Positions 13,076 to 26,017 of a stretch of 64,000 nt of DNA are shown here, piece by piece. Position numbers and translations under genes: made by a program. Source of the stretch: Octopus bimaculoides (Eukaryota); assembly GCF_001194135.2 (NCBI RefSeq), contig NC_068984.1, positions 13,303,576 to 13,367,575 on the forward strand, written 5' to 3'. The notes beneath the pieces were generated by a model, which saw only the letters and a list, made by a program, of their open reading frames with translations, had not been told where the DNA came from and did no database searches. Within the stretch, counting starts at the first letter, position 1. Each line of letters begins with the position of its first letter.

Positions 13076-13789
13076 TAATCTGCATGTTTGTTATAATCAC
13101 ATGCCGAGAAACACTCAGCGTCCTGGGGCGAGTGAAGGATGAGAGACGTTGCAGTATGACTAAAAGCCTGGGAATGGGAAGTGACGAGATAGTAGCGAAA
13201 TGTCATCAAATAATAAAACACAAGCATTGAAATGGATAGAGTTTTTCTAAAGTCGTGGGCAGTACTTGCCTGCACAATCATTTTACATTTCTCTGAGACA
13301 TGGTTCTCCTGGGATCTTATCTAGATGTTTCTGATATCCCTTTTTTGATCATGCCTAGTTCTCGCTTTAAGATGTCACATTTTTGCATTTCAATTTTCAG
13401 GTCCTTACATTTACTTAATTTGTCAAATTCCTTTACAGATATATTTTCCTCAGTGGGAACACTTACATCTATTAGTCTACAAGTATTTTCTTCCCTGTCC
13501 TTAATAATTATGTCTGGTCGATCAGTCTGGATCGTTCTGTCAGTGTTGAGTATAAAATCCCAGAGGATAGTGACATTTCTACCTTCAATGACTGGCTTAG
13601 GATGATGTTCATACCAGTAAGCAGGAGTGCTGATTTTGTAGTGTTTATATATTTTCCAATGTAAATACTGTCCTACATTATAATGTCATTTTTTTGTATT
13701 CACTTGGTGTCAGCACAGGACATCCTGAGACGAGATGGTCTATTGTTTCGTCAAATGTGTCACAGAATCTGCATTTAGGGTCAGAACCG
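13076..13789 (-). mobile_element. R4/Dong 3' fragment with CCHC knuckle and RLE domain
   Basis: Translates CRFCDTFDETIDHLVSGCP..WYEHHPKPVIE..ILWDF..TDRTIQTDRPDIIIKD..LIDVSVP..STAHDFRKTLSI. Confidence 0.92.
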
Positions 13790-13997
13790 TGTCTGTGTGT
13801 CTGAGTTTATCCCTACCCACCACCATCGCTTGACAACAAATGTTGGTGTAGATACATCGCCCTCTCTTAGCGTCTCCGATAAAATAAGAACCAAGCTTAT
13901 AAAGAATAAGTCCTGGGCTCGATTCGTTCGACTAAATTTGGTGCTGTAGCATGGCCGCAGTCAGCTGACTGAAACAAATAAAAGAATAAAAGAATGT
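13790..13997 (+). mobile_element. SINE family A, 3' half
   Basis: CATCGCTTGACAAC..GCATGGCCGCAGTC..ACTGAAAC tail. Confidence 0.8.
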
Positions 13998-14483
13998 TCG
14001 ATATTCTATCCACCATAATAAATCCGAATCTTTACATATACCAAGACTTCAATTATAACCAAGATTTCATTATTGCATGTAACTGTTATTAACCGTTTTT
14101 ACGACAGTATATAAAATACCGCTTATTGCACGGTATTATTGCCTTTTCTTTGCAACATTTTTATTCATAACTGACTGCCAGAATGTTTCTCTAGAATTAT
14201 TTCCAAAGATAGCGGTTGTTCTTTTAAACCAATTATGTTAGCTACTATTTAGACTCGAACATTCAAAGATTTACTATCGACATTTCGCAATCTGTTATGT
14301 ATTAATCATCCGATATTCACATAATATTGATGCAAATATTAGTTTAATATTGGCGTACGTAGATGTCCATGCGGGGGTTTGTTTATTCGAGTGTTTTCAT
14401 GCGTGTGTATGTGTGTGTGTGTGTGTGGGGGGTGCTTTGTATACACAAACATTATATATATATATAATAAAATATACATATTC

Positions 14484-14663
14484 ATCCAAACTCAATATCT
14501 TCCCTGTCTCTCTCTTACTCCATCTCTCTGTCTCTCTCTTTCTTGTGTTTACAATTAGATGTACGTCTACTGCTGTATGCGTTACAACTCACGTTAGGTT
14601 ATCATGTGGAAAACATACAGGTTTTACTTTGTCGTATTTCTAGTTATGACATACAGAGCATAT
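14484..14663 (+). repeat. Dispersed ~180-bp repeat; unexpanded copy of 62110-62781
   Basis: Shares ATCCAAACTCAA..TCTT and ..ACAATTAGAT..GTTATGACATACAG with the 62-kb copy. Confidence 0.9.
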
Positions 14664-14695
14664 ATGAATGCTCATATACATATATATGTATATAC

Positions 14696-15262
14696 ATATA
14701 AACTTAGATAAACTTAGATATGTTTCGACCAAAGATTGGTCTAGGCCATGCCTAAATTAATAGCACCACCTGATAGGATTATCTAAATCCTTTTTACAGT
14801 CAAGTTTTGTTTATGGTCCATTCAAGTAGTGAGTTCTTATTGAGTGAGTTGTATCCAGGTATGGGTGGCTTGTCTGGTATACCTTGAAGAAATCTGTCTA
14901 GACTCCGTTTAAAGCTGATAGGATTCTTTTCTTCTTTTATCTGTTTCGGGACAATGTTAAACAGGGCAGGGCGTGTTGAGGAAAAGATATTATGCCGCAG
15001 TGTACCTATATGTTGTAATACTGAATTGGGCAGGGGAAGTATGGACCTTGGTCCCAGCCTTGGAGAAACTTTGAAACTAATGTTCAGGTTGTTTCGGCAA
15101 TGCTGGCGGTATATTTTCCACATCAATACAGATGATGTACCGCTCGCGGCGGCGCTGGAGAGAGTAGAGTTTCAAGGCTTTAAGGCGGTCCCAATAATCA
15201 AGATCAGTCATGCCTTCAATTCGTTTAGTGGGTGCCCTCTGGGGTGATTCTATCATTGAGAT
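14696..15262 (-). mobile_element. CR1-group LINE 3' end
   Basis: Translates IESPQRAPTKRIEGMTDLDYWDRLKALKLYSLQRRRERY..PALFNIVPKQI..FKRSLDRFLQGIPDKP. The tail carries a repeated ATCTAAGTTT. Confidence 0.9.
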
Positions 15263-15717
15263 GTTTTGTTATATTTGTATATGCATATACATATTTGTAT
15301 ATACATATATATATGAGCATACATATATTTTGTTTCATATATATATATATANNNNNNNNNNNNNNNNNNNNNNNNNNNNNNNNNNNNNNNNNNNNNNNNN
15401 NNNNNNNNNNNNNNNNNNNNNNNNNNNNNNATGTATATGCATATATATGTATGTATATACATATATATATATATGGATGTTGCCGATGTGTGTGTGTGTG
15501 AGCTACACACGCTCGCACACACACATATCGGCAACATTCGTCAATTTCTTGAAAATGAGGTCACGACTCCGAAATATTGAATACACGCTAAGTCTACATT
15601 AATTCGCACATTTGTTTCCTTGAGATTTACCTTGCATTTACTTCGCATTGTTTTGGCCTTACCCACGATCTTTTACACAATTATATTCTACACAATGCTT
15701 CACAGTAATTATTCCAT

Positions 15718-15749
<32 letters not shown>

Positions 15750-16122
15750 ACGAATGGGAAAGGGCGAGGGAGAGGGAGAGGGAGAGAGAATGGAAGAGAG
15801 AGAAATGAGTGAATGTATACATGTGTATATGCATCTACCTATTTATGTAATATCTATAGGTATAATTGTTTTGAAGAAAAAATTTGGTTGGGAAGATGAT
15901 TCTTTTTATATTCCGAAACATTTCTGTAGCTGTTGTTAAATCCTTCTGTAAAACTGTAATTAACAAACCGTAATTACCAAGCTAATTACCATTAACATTA
16001 ATTGCGTTGATAATTCCACTGAAAGATGAATGCATACAGTAAATATACTCTTTAGTGTCACCGATAGACTTGTAGATGTTTGTTTTCATTGGACACTAGT
16101 TTTCTCTATATATCTACATGTA

Positions 16123-16330
16123 TTCAATAAGAATTGGTTTCAAATTTTGGTACGTAACCAGCCAATTCGGTTAAGGGGTAAGTCGATTACAGTGAATGCA
16201 AATTTCAGCTGGTACTTAGTTTCCTTGACCCCGAAAGGACGAAGCACAAAGTCAACCTCGATGGAATTCCAACTCGGAGAACGTAAAGACGGACGAAATA
16301 GCGCTAAGCATTTTGGCAAAAGGTCAGACA
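16123..16330 (-). mobile_element. SINE family B (a + strand head fragment follows at 16515-16610)
   Basis: Contains CTGGTACTTA..GACCCCGAAAGGACGAAG..AAAGTCAACCTCG. Confidence 0.75.
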
Positions 16331-17656
16331 ATTCGGGGTCGGAGGGAGGTCGACCCCAGTGCTCAACACCGCAACGAACCAGTATCCTATTCACAGGCAA
16401 TACACCATGCAAATCGGGTATCCAACTTTAGGAGTCCTAGTTCATCATTATGTATACATTTATAAATATATAGACATAATATTAATTCTTATAGCTAATA
16501 TTTATTACAATATTAGGCAGCGAGCCGGCAGGATCATTAGCGCGCTGGAAAAAATGCTTAGCGCCATTTCGTCCGTCTTCACGTTCCGAATTCAAATTCC
16601 TCAAATTTACTGGTCCTGAGCCAAACTTTGAAATGAATGTATTTAAGAAATATATGACATAATATATATCAAACGTAAGATGCTGGTCGTTGAGAAACAT
16701 ATGTAAATCCGTACTTCAGCAAGTGGGAATATTAAAACTGTCCCGTAAACGATGGAAAGCATTAATCAATGTCACGTATTATTTATTGTAAAATATGTCT
16801 TGCATTTTTATTCGAAGGATGTTTGTATTTAAACTGTTATGGCTGTCAGTTAATAATAATTTTTTTAAAGTTCGTGTAATTATTGTTAAACAAATATTAT
16901 AATTAATTTATACTTTTTTTATGATTCAATCTAGACACTGTTACGTTGTAGCATGCCAGAAGTATTGATGGATTATGTGTCGCTTTGAGTATTATAAAAT
17001 TCTATTAATTAAACATGATTTAAATAGAGTTTTGCTTTCATTTGTTCCCTGCTATGTAAGATGCATCTGAAAGAAGTGTTATCTAGTTATCTATTTAATA
17101 TTAAACATTAGATTTCACTGCGTCAAGCAGTTTGGAAACATATCTAATGCTTAAAATATAGACGTTTATTCAAGAGAGAATGATATCGCGTGATTGAGAG
17201 CTAAAAAAATTCTATTCACATATATGATATATTCTGATGGCACACATATATAACGATGGTAATAGAAAATGGTTTAGCGCCAGACGCAGACGCTTGTGCG
17301 TACTTCTAGCAGAGTCCACTCTGTTGCAAGATTCAGGAAAGATATCCTACTGAGCAACCCTTCTCACCAGAGTCAGAGACCCCATGAAGGTCGCTGGCTT
17401 TCTTCGGCCAACAAAGAAAGTGACTAAGTATAGGTCCAGTAATAATGGGGCTGGCCTGAGAAATAACAGCAATGATGATAACACGAACATTTTACAAACA
17501 GAAAATCCATTTTAGCAGCAGAATGATATAAAATTTTAGGAAATTCAAAATATGCAGTTGCATAACGAGGCCAGAAGTGCAATGGCACACTCCATTAGCT
17601 CATGGCAAACAGAGTCTGTTATTGCATCGTATGTCCACTTTTTTGTCCGAACTGTT

Positions 17657-18030
17657 GTTGTTGTTGTTGTTGGCACTCCGTCGCTTACGACGTAGAGGGT
17701 TCCAGTTGATCCAATCAACGGAACAGCCTGCTCGTGAAATTAACGTGCAAGTGGCTGAGCACTCCACAGACACGTGTACCCTGAACGTAGTTCTCGGGGA
17801 TATTTAGCGTGACGCAATGTGACAAGGCTGACCCATCGACTTACAGGCACATCAGAAACAGGAAGTAAGAGTTAGAGAAAGTTGTGGTGAAAGAGTACAG
17901 CAGGGTTCGCCACCATCCCCTGCCGGAACCTCGTGGCGCTTTAGGTGTTTTCGCTCAATAAACACTCACAACGCCCGGTCTGGGAATCGAAACCGCGATC
18001 CTATGACTGCGAGTCCGGTGCTCTAACCAC
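17657..18030 (-). mobile_element. SINE family C with a 13-bp TSD and a (CAA)n tail
   Basis: tRNA-like head GTGGTTAGAGC..GGTTTCGATTCC. TGTCCGAACTGTT at 17644-17656 and 18031-18043. Confidence 0.92.
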
Positions 18031-19112
18031 TGTCCGAACTGTTACACCCCACGAAACTCAATTTTACATCTTCCTCTAAAATCTGGGGCTCGATAACTCA
18101 TTGAAAGGAAATCAATCTAGTGTATAAAATCACCGTTGCTATTTAAATTGTTACAGCATTGCATAAAAGCTTTGCATAGTAAAAAAGAAAACAAGAATGT
18201 AAAAATACTTATTACCACGATAAGTATTACCTCTCTATAACTAAACCACGGCTGTGATAACAATGAGAGGGGAATGAGAAAAACATGTTCCACTATTCTG
18301 TTTACATTTATCAAATGTTAATAGTAAAAGTTAGGAAACACTACGAGAAAAATAGCTGGCTTTATTCTCAAGTCTATATTATAGGAGAAATAATATAAGA
18401 TGAGTATCACGTCTTGAGTAAAGAATAAATATTGGGCTTTAAGGCAAAAGTTGTACAATGATATATGCTCTAACTTTAATTATATCTGTTTTAAACACCA
18501 ATACGTGCATTTCTCTTCGATTTTTCGTATGATACTGCTGTCTTGAATATCTAATATGTACAATATGAGAAAAGAAAGTAAAAAACACAGTGAAATACTT
18601 TATCAAGTTCTCAATCGATTTTATTTATATATGTATTCTTCAAGAATACTACATACAGCATTTGCATTTGGATCCTTTGTTCCAAAAATATACTAGACAT
18701 TTTCGCTCGCAGAAATCTCTGGTGGAATAGTTTACTATATCCATATTACTCTGAATATCTCCGTTTCCCTTTTGTTTTTATCTGTCTGTCTCTGTCTGTC
18801 TGTCTCTCTCTCTGATTGCCTGCCAATCTCTCTTTCACTCTCTGTTATTCGATCACTCTTTCATTTTATATTCATTAAACAATTATTTGCATATTAAATA
18901 TTGCCTTACCAAAGTAGATAAAAAACAAATACACTTGAATGTTCAGCTAATCATATTAATAATGTGCGATTACATTCAGATATTGTTGTACAACTCTTTA
19001 TTACAATCCTCTTTAAACTTTTTCTTTTATTTATTATGAATCATTTTAACTCATTCTAATTCATTTATCTTTATTTTCGTTAATATGTTGTCGATGTCCT
19101 GTCTAATAATAC

Positions 19113-19300
19113 TGATTTCAAACTTTAGTACGAGGCCAGCAATTTTGAGGGAAGGAGAAACTACGCACCTAATTTTTATCGATCATTTTATCGATCCGGT
19201 AAAGACGAAACGCAAAGTCAACCTCAGAACTTAAAGTCAGAGGAAATGCTATCAAGCATTTTTTCTGGTGCAGTAGCAATTCTGCTAGTTCTCCACCCTT
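19113..19300 (-). mobile_element. SINE family B, degenerate
   Basis: Matches the family B head and tail with many substitutions. Confidence 0.6.
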
Positions 19301-19636
19301 ATTCTGCCTATAATATTAATAAGATTTTCGTATGTCAATGTCTTGAAATAATTAAGGAGATTTTATTTTGACTCATATTTAAAAAAGCAACGTCCACACT
19401 TTTCCTTCGCCCGCTTTTTGTTGTTGTTGAAATATTTAGATATTTTCCTTTGTTCCCAGCTAAAAACCTTTATTAAAACCCGGAGGAGTTTCCGTGTTAC
19501 TATTTTTTTCTTTCAGAATGATCAGTCACTCACACAAGACCTGTTGCTGAAGCAGCTTTTGACGAGAATAAGGAAATTTAAAATTAATATTTTGTCAATG
19601 CAAACATGCTAAAAATATATATACGCATTGTAAAAT

Positions 19637-20022
19637 TCGTGGCACTCCGACGATTACGACGACGAGTGTTCCAGCTGATCCGATCAGCAGAACAACCTGC
19701 TCGAGAGTGAAATTAACGTGCAAGTGGCTGAGCACTCCATAGACAAGTGTACCTTTAATGCAGTTCTCGGAGAAATTCAGCGTGACACAGAGTGTGACAA
19801 GGCTGGCTTTTGCATTACAGGTACAACAGAAACAGGAAGAAAGAGTGAGAGAACATTGTGGTGAAAGAATATCGCAGGGTTCGCCACCCCACTACCGGAG
19901 CCTCGTGGAGCTTTAGGTGTTTTCGCTCAATAAACATTCACAACGCCCGGTCTGAGAATCGAAACCGCGATCCTACGACCGCGAGTCCGCTGCTCTAACC
20001 ACTGGGCCATTGTGCTTCCACC
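19637..20022 (-). mobile_element. SINE family C, full length, with a 9-bp TSD
   Basis: Collinear with 17657-18030. TTGTAAAAT at 19628-19636 and 20023-20031. Confidence 0.92.
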
Positions 20023-21571
20023 TTGTAAAATATACAGTGTTTAAATACTACAACAGTCATATATTATTGTCGATGATAATGATATTGATAATGATAATGA
20101 TGCTGATGATGTCTATCTCAAGGATGAGGAATATGATGTTGGCGAAATTCCTGTTGATAGTTATAATGTTGTGACAATTGTGTCATTGACGAAAGTTAGG
20201 GAAAAAAATGTAAAGCTAACAACAGACACATCAAATAAGAAAACGAAATATATACTGAATAAATAAGAAAAAGAAACAAACATGAATTAAGAAACACCAC
20301 CACATCCAACCAAACAACGAACCACCAGCACCACCGCCTCTGCAGCCGACACCTCCAGCCCCATCACCACCGCTCCCAACAACAGTAAAAAAAGATTATA
20401 TAGAGAAAACAACAATTCTAGCAACAGGAGCAACAGAAACATGAACGAGAATAGCAAAACTGAATCTTAACAAATGGTAAAGACAGGACATATGGTATTG
20501 CGTAGTCAAATTAAGGAAGTCAATGGAATCTGACGATATTACGGATGGATCTAGAAAATGGACAATTGTACATCGATGAGAAGATATAAAAGAATGCTGA
20601 TTAAGCTCTTGTCAACGTTATTGAAGGACCAGTAGAGGTTGCGGTGGCTGAGCCTATATAATAAAACCACAGTATTGGAGGGACTGCCATTTCTAAGCAG
20701 ATGTCATAGGATATAATGGTGGTATTTGAAATGGTATACAAGAAAAAAAAAAAAAACGTTGGGGGAATGATGGGAGATGGGAAGAGGAGAATAGAGTGAG
20801 GGAGGACGAGTAGAATGAAAGTAGGAAAAGGAGGAATAGGAGTAGGAGGGAATCGTGGTTGAGATATGGAGCTGTCTGAATTAGAAGTGAATTGAATATG
20901 AGAGAGAGTAGCTGAAAATCTTGACGAATAAAATAGAAACAGATAAAGAAATGTATAGTGAAGGGAACAGAACGAGTGAGTGAGAGTGTGTGTGTGAATG
21001 TGTGTGTGTGTGTTTATGTTTGTGTGTGTGTGTTTGTGTATGAGAGAGAGAGAGAAAGAGAGAGAATGCGAGAAAATGAGAGAAAAGAGAGANNNNNNNN
21101 NNNNNNNNNNNNNNNNNNNNNNNNNNNNNNNNNNNNNNNNNNNNNNNNNNNNNNNNNNNNNNNNNNNNNNNNNNNNNNNNNNNNNNNNNNNNNNNNNNNN
21201 NNNNNNNNNNNNNNNNNNNNNNNNNNNNNNNNNNNNNNNNNNNNNNNNNNNNNNNNNNNNNNNNNNNNNNNNNNNNNNNNNNNNNNNNNNNNNNNNNNNN
21301 NNNNNNNNNNNNNNNNNNNNNNNNNNNNNNNNNNNNNNNNNNNNNNNNNNNNNNNNNNNNNNNNNNNNNNNNNNNNNNNNNNNNNNNNNNNNNNNNNNNN
21401 NNNNNNNNNNNNNNNNNNNNNNNNNNNNNNNNNNNNNNNNNNNNNNNNNNNNNNNNNNNNNNNNNNNNNNNNNNNNNNNNNNNNNNNNNNNNNNNNNNNN
21501 NNNNNNNNNNNNNNNNNNNNNNNNNNNNNNNNNNNNNNNNNNNNNNNNNNNNNNNNNNNNNNNNNNNNNNN

Positions 21572-21618
<47 letters not shown>

Positions 21619-22149
21619 ATAGGTAAGAATGATAAAGAAAAGATAGAGGAGCTGTAGTTACGGAAAGGAACAAACCGACTCAAAGGAAGAAGAAAGAAAC
21701 CAAGATAAAGAGAAGATGCGGAATAAACGTAAGCGATAATAAAGGGTGAAAGACAGAAAAATGGAAATGAAAGCGAAAATACGAAAAGAAGGAAAATAGA
21801 GCGAATGAAGTAAAGAAAAGAAACTGACAAATAATCTTTGTGTATATCTTGGTGTACGCGCGAACATGCGTTTCTCCATGTGGGCGTGTGAACATTAGTG
21901 AACGTATATGTGCGTCCATGTGTAGGTTTGTGTATATGTTTGTCTGTGTGTATGTGTGTAAATATAGGCGTATGTATAAAAGTTTATGTAAGAAATTGTT
22001 GAATGTATGTTTTTTTTTTGATGATTTTAAAGTTTTTAACTTTCGTATTAATATAAGGAGAACTATTTGAAAAAAAAATACCCACAAAGGGCAAAGTACC
22101 CATAACATGGTGGCATTCGAAAATTGGGAGAATTTAATCTACAAGCTTT

Positions 22150-22567
22150 TCTTTTGTTCTTTTATTCTTTTCCTTGTTTCAGTCATTTGACTGCGGCCAT
22201 GCTGGAGCACCACCTTTAATCGAGCAATTCAACCCTAGGAATATTTTTGCCGAATTGCTCAGTTAGGCGGACGTAAACACGCCAGTATCGGTTGTCAAGG
22301 GATGGTGGGTCACACAGACATAAACACACACACATACACGCGCGCACACACACACACACACACACGCACCCCCACACGCACTCCTCACACACACCGACAC
22401 AAATATATATACGATGGGCTTCTTTCAGTTTCCGCCTACCAAATCCACTCACAAAGCTTTGGTTGGCCCGAAGCTATAGTAGAAGACTTGCTCAAGGTGC
22501 TACGCAGTGGGACTGAACCCGGAACTTGTGGTTGGGAAGCAAGCTACGTAGCGCGCAGTCACTCCTG
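22150..22567 (-). mobile_element. SINE family A, full length
   Basis: Reverse complement of the family A head, microsatellite and tail. Confidence 0.9.
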
Positions 22568-23106
22568 AAGAACTGATTACTATGAGTAGAAGTTGATAAA
22601 CATAAAAATGTAAGTGAATATATCTTAATATCGTTACAAACATCCTCCGTCTCTCCTCCCCTCATCAACTCACTCTCAGCCACTTCTTCTGTTGTCGTTC
22701 CCCTTTCTTTCTTCCCCTTAAGTTTCTACCATGTATTAATCCCTGTATACGTATGAAGCTTACGTTTCCCTGCGTTCCTCATCAGTTGCAGCCAGTTTCT
22801 CAGTCTGGGGAATTAAAACTCTGCTCTTGCTCTCTTCTTTCTTGCAACTCAACTTTCCCTTGAACAAGTAGTATTTCCGAAATATTGGATGTTCTCCCCA
22901 CAACAATTTCACTGTAATCTTTCTGTCGTTTTTTTCTTTCAATTAATAAATAATTGGAAAGTAATAAATCCGTAATAGAATAAACAAATTAGAGAATGAA
23001 TGGTTCTAAATTTACTGCCGTTTCAAAAAATTCATCACCACCATTATCATCAAAAATATCATCAACACCAACGGTGACACGGCAGCCACTCTCTTCATCG
23101 TAATCG

Positions 23107-23170
<64 letters not shown>

Positions 23171-24076
23171 TAACATCATCATCATCACCCTGACAATAAC
23201 TACTACCGTTACCATTACCATAAACACTATCATCATTGACATCATCATCATCATCGTCATCATCCTACTGATCTCTTACACGTTTTTGGACAGATTGATT
23301 AGGAAATGGCTGCAGAATTTAAATTAAACGGAACATAGGTTAATGAATTGATAATTCTAAACATCTAAAGCTTAACTATATTTACCAGCATTTTTCTCGT
23401 CATACTCATCATCATCATCATCATCAACATCACCATCGTTATCATCATCATCGTCATTACCACATTCATCCTCCCTTTTACCTCGAGCTCCTCGTTATCA
23501 TCATCATCATTAATCTTCATCAACATCATCTCTCTATGGATAATTGTCGACCCATTAAATCAGGAAGCAATTTAAAAATTTACACCATACAAATTAAGTC
23601 AAAGCTAATTTTCTCCTGTTAATAATATTTAATGATTATAACATTTAAATCATTAAGAAATTGTAACTTGTAAACAGTAGGAAATTGTGATCCGAATTAA
23701 ACATTGTTAGGGTTGTTTAGAAAATGAATACACCAATGTGTTTAAAGGAATAAAAGAATGTTATTCCTTTAATCGTTATTCCTCCTTTGATTCCCGTACA
23801 GACATACTTGGGTCCCTAGAGTAACACCTAGAAAGGTTTAGTCGATGAATTCAAAATTCATAACTAATGTATTTTTGAGGTTTGGTCTTCATTCTATCTT
23901 GTACATTTTACGGACGTTAGGGGAACATGAACAGACCAGCCCTGGTTGTTAAGCAAGGAGAGACAAACATATATACATGTACACACACGAGTGCGCACAT
24001 TCATACGCGTGCTTGCACCTCCGCACACAATCACACACACACATACATATACATAGAGTATATATATTTTCTTTTC

Positions 24077-24350
24077 CTCAACAAGCCCTGCCCTGTTTAA
24101 CATTGTCCCGAAACAGATAAAAGAGGAAAAGGATCCTATCAGCTTTAAACGGAGTCTAGACAGATTTCTTCAAGGAATACCAGACAAGCCACCCATTCCT
24201 GGATACAACTCACTCAATAACAACTCACTACTTGAATGGACCATAAACAAAACTTGACTGTAAAAAGGATTTAGATAATCCTATCAGGTGGTGCTATTAA
24301 GTTAGACATGGCCTGGACCAATCTTTGGTCGAAACATATCTAAGTTTATA
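24077..24350 (+). mobile_element. CR1-group LINE 3' end, near-identical to part of 14696-15262
   Basis: Direct match by eye to the reverse complement of ~14710-14980, with few mismatches. Confidence 0.9.
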
Positions 24351-24699
24351 TATATATAATCAAAATAAGCAACAGGATATCCAGAGGTGATGCAGTACGA
24401 CCGTTTCAAGCGGCTCCATTTAATTGAACAATGCAATCATTACATCAGTTTAAATGTAGAGTAGATATAATATATATATAATCCAAAATGGAGACCAACA
24501 TCACTCCTTCATGTGATCGGCTTGAGATATTGTTAATATATTAAGATATTTTCAATTGTCGCCGTGAGTGCAACATCGCAACCACTAGGTCTCCCCCCAC
24601 ACATGTTTTATCTCGTATCTTTCACTAGTATTAGTCATGAGACTGCGGCCATGCTGGAGCACAGACAATTTAAATAAACAAATAAAAAATAACTAATAA

Positions 24700-24800
24700 A
24701 AACCAACATGAGGACGTGCTCAATAAATGTATATGCTTGGTGCTCTGTGAAAAGAGAGAGTTTGTCGTTTCGAGCATAGCTCTTCATCGGAAAAGAAGAA
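24700..24800 (-). mobile_element. Penelope-like terminal repeat fragment with a degenerate minimal hammerhead
   Basis: Minus strand CCGAUGA-A-GAGC-UAU-GCUC-GAAAC-GAC (24764-24790): perfect 4-bp stem II and two core substitutions. Confidence 0.55.
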
Positions 24801-25398
24801 ATGAAAAAGTCCAAAGAAGGAAAAGAAATCGCCAACGGCACACATGTTTATATGGCTGGATTCCGTTAAGATTTCGATACTCTATTTACCCACAGGCATT
24901 TGTCAACCCAGTAAAGCGTAGGAAACACGTGATCATACCGCTGTGCAGTGTGGAAGTGATACCGAAACTACATAGAGTCTAACCAAACCTTTTAATCACA
25001 CACACACACACTCACGCTTACGCATGTAGACCGAAAAGATAAGCTGATACTTTTTAGCTGTGAACACTACTGGCCATTATATAGAGACATTTTGAATAAT
25101 AATAAAGAGAACATATTTATATATGTAAGAGGATGATACGATAAAGAAGACAGCAACCAGAACAAGAACATTAGCAATATCCCATTATAGTATAAACTTA
25201 TTAAATGAGAGTGGGAATTATGTTAGATAGTAATTAACTACAAGTAATTATTGATTTATTTACTTTCTTTCCCTGACTAAAATGTTTAAAATTAATTAAT
25301 TTTTTTTTAATTCATAAAATCTTCTGTACATTAAACTTATTTTTCATTAAATTTAAATTACATATCTACTTCTTATTTAACGATTCGATATTTCCCAC

Positions 25399-25464
<66 letters not shown>

Positions 25465-25833
25465 GCAATAATGGCGGTGGCGTGGTAGAGGTGGTGGTCG
25501 TGGGGCTGCTGGTGATGATGGAGGTGATGGTGGTTACTGGTGGGAGTGATGATGAGGGTAGTTGTGGTGGTGGTGGTAATGCTAATGATGATGATGATGG
25601 TGGTGATGAAGATTATGATGATGTGATGATGGAAATATTGGTCATGGTGGAGGTGATAGCGGTGGGTGGTAGTGGTGGTTAAGGTGGTGCGGATGATGGT
25701 AATGATGGATGCTAAGACGATTCTGGCCCCGAAGATGCTGCTGCCACTGATGTACATGCTAATGACCATAATTATCACAAATTGATAGATCGAAAGACAA
25801 ATGTCCTGCGTCTCTTTACGTTCTGAGTTCAAA

Positions 25834-26017
25834 TCTAGTACAGAGAGACAACAGGGTAACGCCTTTAGTAGGATGGTGAGAGGGGCTGTCGGAAAGAAAC
25901 AGGGAACGCTAAGCTGAATTAGGAGGAATGAAGGACAGCTTAACTTCTCTTAGCATTGCGTCCCCTTTTCTCTCTGACGCCCCTCTCACCATTACCTTCT
26001 TGTCTCCTTGTACTAGA
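25834..26017. mobile_element. Foldback/MITE-like element, ~184 bp
   Basis: TCTAGTACAGAGAGACAACAGGGTAA pairs with TTACCTTCTTGTCTCCTTGTACTAGA. TGGTGAGAGGGGC..GCTAAG pairs with CTTAGC..GCCCCTCTCACCA. Confidence 0.8.

Noticed and set aside
17980-18030. tRNA genes at SINE heads (also ~19970-20020, 27950-28006, 42190-42250)
   Set aside because: These are A/B-box heads that continue into SINE bodies, some with TSDs. I could not build a complete cloverleaf.
19511-19612. Strong + acceptor at 19510 and an overlapping minus-strand 22-nt exon candidate with a GTGAGT donor
   Set aside because: The + reading in the needed phase stops after ~10 codons with no good donor. The minus candidate has no partner exons.
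22761-22785. Minus-strand CUGAUGA..GAAAC-GUA hammerhead-like core
   Set aside because: The core is intact but stem II (G..G closing) and stem I do not pair. At best a decayed Penelope-like remnant.
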